Part shown: in pieces, positions 61,608 to 64,000 of the stretch
Position numbering within the stretch: the stretch's first letter is position 1
Layout of the letters: every line of letters begins with the position of its first letter
Source: a virus
Lineage: Duplodnaviria; Caudoviricetes
Direction: 5' to 3' (one strand)
Length of the DNA: 64,000 nucleotides
IMG/VR virus record: IMGVR_UViG_3300027845_000349
Location: 1-64,000 of that record
The notes under the pieces: generated by a model
Database searches by the model: none
The model's input: only the letters and a program-made list of their open reading frames with translations
Told to the model about the DNA's origin: nothing
Program-made: the position numbers and the translations under genes

Positions 61608-61658
61608 TAGAACTATTTTCTTTATTATTCAGGCCATCCATTGTGGGTGGTTTTTTTT
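61581..61658 (+). promoter_or_regulatory. Transcription attenuator (1:2, 2:3 antiterminator, 3:4 terminator)
   Basis: 61581-61588/61602-61609; 61598-61611/61621-61634 (14 bp); 61633-61640/61644-61651 followed by a T8 run. Confidence 0.8.
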
Positions 61659-61660
61659 AT

Positions 61661-61734
61661 GCTCCGGTAGCCCAACTGGTAGAGGCATGGGACTTAAAAT
61701 CCTTGTGTTGACAGTTCGACTCTGTCTCGGAGTA
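61661..61734 (+). tRNA. tRNA-Leu(TAA), short variable loop
   Basis: Cloverleaf; loop CT-TAA-AA; TTCGACT T-loop; A73; no encoded CCA. Confidence 0.88.
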
Positions 61735-61740
61735 ATTCAA

Positions 61741-61814
61741 GCCTTGGTGGCCTAATTGGTATAGGCGCTGGTCTTAGGAACCAGACTTTGAGAGTTCGAG
61801 TCTCTCCCGAGGTA
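61741..61814 (+). tRNA. tRNA-Leu(TAG), short variable loop
   Basis: CTGGT-CTTAGGA-ACCAG anticodon arm; TTCGAGT T-loop; A73. Confidence 0.9.
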
Positions 61815-61820
61815 ATACAT

Positions 61821-61905
61821 AGAAGAGTATGTTAGCGGCTATACACGCAGTCTTGAAAACTGTTTACACTTAACGGTGTCGTGGGTTCGAGTCCCACCTC
61901 TTCTG
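61821..61905 (+). tRNA. tRNA-Ser(TGA)
   Basis: AGAAGAG/CTCTTCT acceptor stem; loop CT-TGA-AA; long V-arm; G73. Confidence 0.92.
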
Positions 61906-61909
61906 TTAT

Positions 61910-61993
61910 GGACAAATGCGATAATCGGTATTCGGCTTGATTGCTAATCAAGTGATCTGAAAGGGTTTATAGGTTCGAGTCCTATTTTGTCCG
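61910..61993 (+). tRNA. tRNA-Ser(GCT)
   Basis: GGACAAA/TTTGTCC acceptor stem; CTTGA-TTGCTAA-TCAAG; long V-arm; G73. Confidence 0.92.
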
Positions 61994-61997
61994 ACAT

Positions 61998-62081
61998 GGG
62001 TAGGTATGCAAACTGGTGAAGCAAACGGTCTGTAAAACCGTGACGTAAGATACATTGTGAGTTCGAATCTCACCTTACCCA
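61998..62081 (+). tRNA. tRNA-Tyr(GTA)
   Basis: GGGTAGG/CTTACCC acceptor stem; ACGGT-CTGTAAA-ACCGT; long V-region; A73. Confidence 0.92.
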
Positions 62082-62089
62082 CTTCTTCA

Positions 62090-62114
62090 AGTTCTAAATT
62101 CTGGGGCTTTTTTT
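62090..62114 (+). terminator. Probable terminator closing the tRNA operon
   Basis: AGTTCTA/TGGGGCT (G-U-rich stem) followed by a T-run. Confidence 0.55.
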
Positions 62115-62142
62115 ATTTGTTAAATATGTATATAATACTATC

Positions 62143-63744
62143 ATGTGGACAAATGAAGAAAAGAAAGTTATAGCTACAACTGCATTAACAAACATGAGGC
62201 CGGGAGCTCATTTAGATTTCTGGCAGGAATGGTATCTATGTCAGAATGTTCGTTTCGGTCATTTGTTGAAATCCAGAAGAATCGGATTCAGCTTTATAAA
62301 CTCAATTAAGATGGTATCGGAAGCTATTTATCCAGGAATAAATAGATACCAAAAAGTAGTACTCTCGTATTCTTTAAATGAGGCCATGGGCAAAATAAAA
62401 GACGCTAGAGAAGCACTTATGAATCTTCCAGAAGGATGGACAAAGGAATTAAAAACAGACTCAAAGACAGCTCTAGAATTTTGGGATGTTGGTAAAAAAA
62501 GCGTTTCGCAAATTATTTCGATACCTGCTAAGTCTGCAAGGGGATTTGGAACAGATAACGATTACGGAGGAGCTATTGCTGATGAAGCAGCCGAAATAAA
62601 AGAGTTTCGTCCCATATATACATCTATTCTTCCTACTCTATCACGAGGTGGTACATTCTGGATGGGTGGAACTCCTAAAGGGAAAGATGATTTATTTTAT
62701 GATGTTCACGCCAATAAGGAAAAATATAAATCGTATACAAGAATAGAAATACCGTGGTGGCAAAGTTCTGCGAATTGCACTGACATAAAATCAGCTATAA
62801 GATATGCAAAAGAAATGGCTACTCATGATAGAGTTGAAAAATATGGCAATGAGATATTACATGAAATATTCAATAATATGGGACTTAAGCAATTCCAGCA
62901 GGAGTACGAATTAACATTCCAGGATGAAAATGATTCGTTCATTACATTAGAAATGATTATGTCCTGTACCCCTCAAGAAGTAGAACAATACGAATATAAA
63001 AATATATCAGAAATTCTAAAGGGTGTCATTATCCCTGAAATATGCACAGGATTTGATAAAGACGGTCAACCAGTATTTGAATCGGTAACAGCTCCAGCTT
63101 ATGATCCGGAAATACATGGAGCTCTTTACGCCGGTTGGGATATGGGAAGAACAAAAGATGCTTCTATATTTACACTTATCGGAGTAAAAGACGGTAAAAA
63201 ACATGTGTGGATGTCATATGAATTAAAAAACACTCCATTTGATGAACAGAAAGCATTTGCTGAACTGGCTTTATCGGTTCTACCTATCCAGCAATTTTTA
63301 ATTGATAAAAACGGATTAGGTATGGATTTTGCGGAATGGGCAGAAAAGAAATTTCCTACAGTTGCCCATGGTGTACAGTTTTCCAATGAAACTAAAGAAA
63401 CTATGGCTAATAAAGTATACTTAGGATTTGAAAGATTTGAATATGTTCTCCCTATGAATAGAAAACTTCATGCAGACATTCATTGTATAAGAAAAACATT
63501 AACAGCAATGAAGTTTAATAAATATGATGGATCCACAAAAGATTCTCATGCTGACCGGTTCTGGAGTCTTGCCCTGGCCACAATAGCTATAACTGATGGA
63601 GATGCAAATGTTTCAAGATTTTATCAAGGGTACAGAAGAAATAAGGATATTCAGATATCTTCAACTAAGAAAATTAAAAGTTCAGGAAATGCAGATTTAG
63701 ACCGGATAAGAAGAATGGCTAGAAGGGGTAAAAGGCGTGGTTAA
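62143..63744 (+). CDS. terL: Terminase large subunit
   Basis: Walker A variant KSRRIGFS, Walker B AIADEAA, nuclease GWDMGRTKD, C-terminal HADRFWSLALA. Confidence 0.92.
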   Translation: MWTNEEKKVIATTALTNMRPGAHLDFWQEWYLCQNVRFGHLLKSRRIGFSFINSIKMVSEAIYPGINRYQKVVLSYSLNEAMGKIKDAREALMNLPEGWTKELKTDSKTALEFWDVGKKSVSQIISIPAKSARGFGTDNDYGGAIADEAAEIKEFRPIYTSILPTLSRGGTFWMGGTPKGKDDLFYDVHANKEKYKSYTRIEIPWWQSSANCTDIKSAIRYAKEMATHDRVEKYGNEILHEIFNNMGLKQFQQEYELTFQDENDSFITLEMIMSCTPQEVEQYEYKNISEILKGVIIPEICTGFDKDGQPVFESVTAPAYDPEIHGALYAGWDMGRTKDASIFTLIGVKDGKKHVWMSYELKNTPFDEQKAFAELALSVLPIQQFLIDKNGLGMDFAEWAEKKFPTVAHGVQFSNETKETMANKVYLGFERFEYVLPMNRKLHADIHCIRKTLTAMKFNKYDGSTKDSHADRFWSLALATIAITDGDANVSRFYQGYRRNKDIQISSTKKIKSSGNADLDRIRRMARRGKRRG

Positions 63745-64000
63745 TAGAGAAGAATTCCAAAAAGCTTTAAACAAAGCAAAAACTAAACAGAATAGAGATG
63801 AGAAATTTACATCAAAACTTATCGATCCGAGATATAGAGGATATCAAAGAGGTATTCTTAATCCTCAACAACATTATTCAATGGAGTTATTCCGTAGAAT
63901 TGCAGAAAAAGCCTGGTTAATAAATGTGGTTATTGGCCATATAATAGATAAAACAATTCCATATATGAATCCTTTAACAGATAAAGGTAGAAGGGGATTT
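63737..64000 (+). CDS. Portal protein, N-terminal part (truncated by the window)
   Basis: GTG at 63737 overlapping the terL end; open to the window end; LFRRIAEKAWLINVVI..GF resembles portal N-termini; position after terL. Confidence 0.7.
   Translation, partial: MVNREEFQKALNKAKTKQNRDEKFTSKLIDPRYRGYQRGILNPQQHYSMELFRRIAEKAWLINVVIGHIIDKTIPYMNPLTDKGRRGF

Noticed and set aside
1081-63386. Many 60-140-aa ORFs on the strand opposite long genes (e.g. 1081-1275, 5296-5538, 16923-17333, 17468-17836, 31637-31996, 51553-51915, 63126-63386)
   Set aside because: They are antisense shadows of well-supported genes, lack SDs and have no recognisable motifs.

Overview
This 64-kb, AT-rich window is most of a tailed phage genome (contractile-tail myovirus). 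It starts inside a head-module gene and ends in the N-terminus of the portal gene, so the genome is probably only slightly longer than the window. Module order: (1-11.7 kb) head module with an SPO1/Herelleviridae-style protease-scaffold and major capsid, a large LPD1-type protein and an inserted peptide deformylase operon. (11.7-25.8 kb) neck, sheath, tube, chaperones, tape measure, baseplate and fibres. (25.9-29.5 kb, minus strand) lipoprotein, YqaJ exonuclease and Sak/Rad52-like annealase. (29.5-53 kb) Rha, TetR, M23 peptidase, NinB/NinG-like genes, an adenine methylase, a replisome organiser with a DnaC-like loader, and many small accessory ORFs. (53-64 kb) probable TerS, a second fibre/decoration cluster, a DUF1064 nuclease, five tRNAs, TerL and the portal start. 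The most striking signal is at 61518-62114. A 17-codon leader peptide contains eight consecutive Leu/Tyr/Ser codons and overlaps a classical 1:2 / 2:3 / 3:4 attenuator. Directly downstream is an operon of exactly Leu, Leu, Ser, Ser and Tyr tRNAs. This looks like a phage tRNA operon switched on by ribosome stalling when those tRNAs are depleted. Other highlights: two Leu tRNAs without a long variable arm, an aberrant tRNA-like RNA with a central UCA triplet, two attC-like integron sites, two C4/CI-like antisense RNA architectures, and recurring K-S/K-A maturation motifs. All family assignments are by-eye motif recognition; no database searches or folding programs were run.
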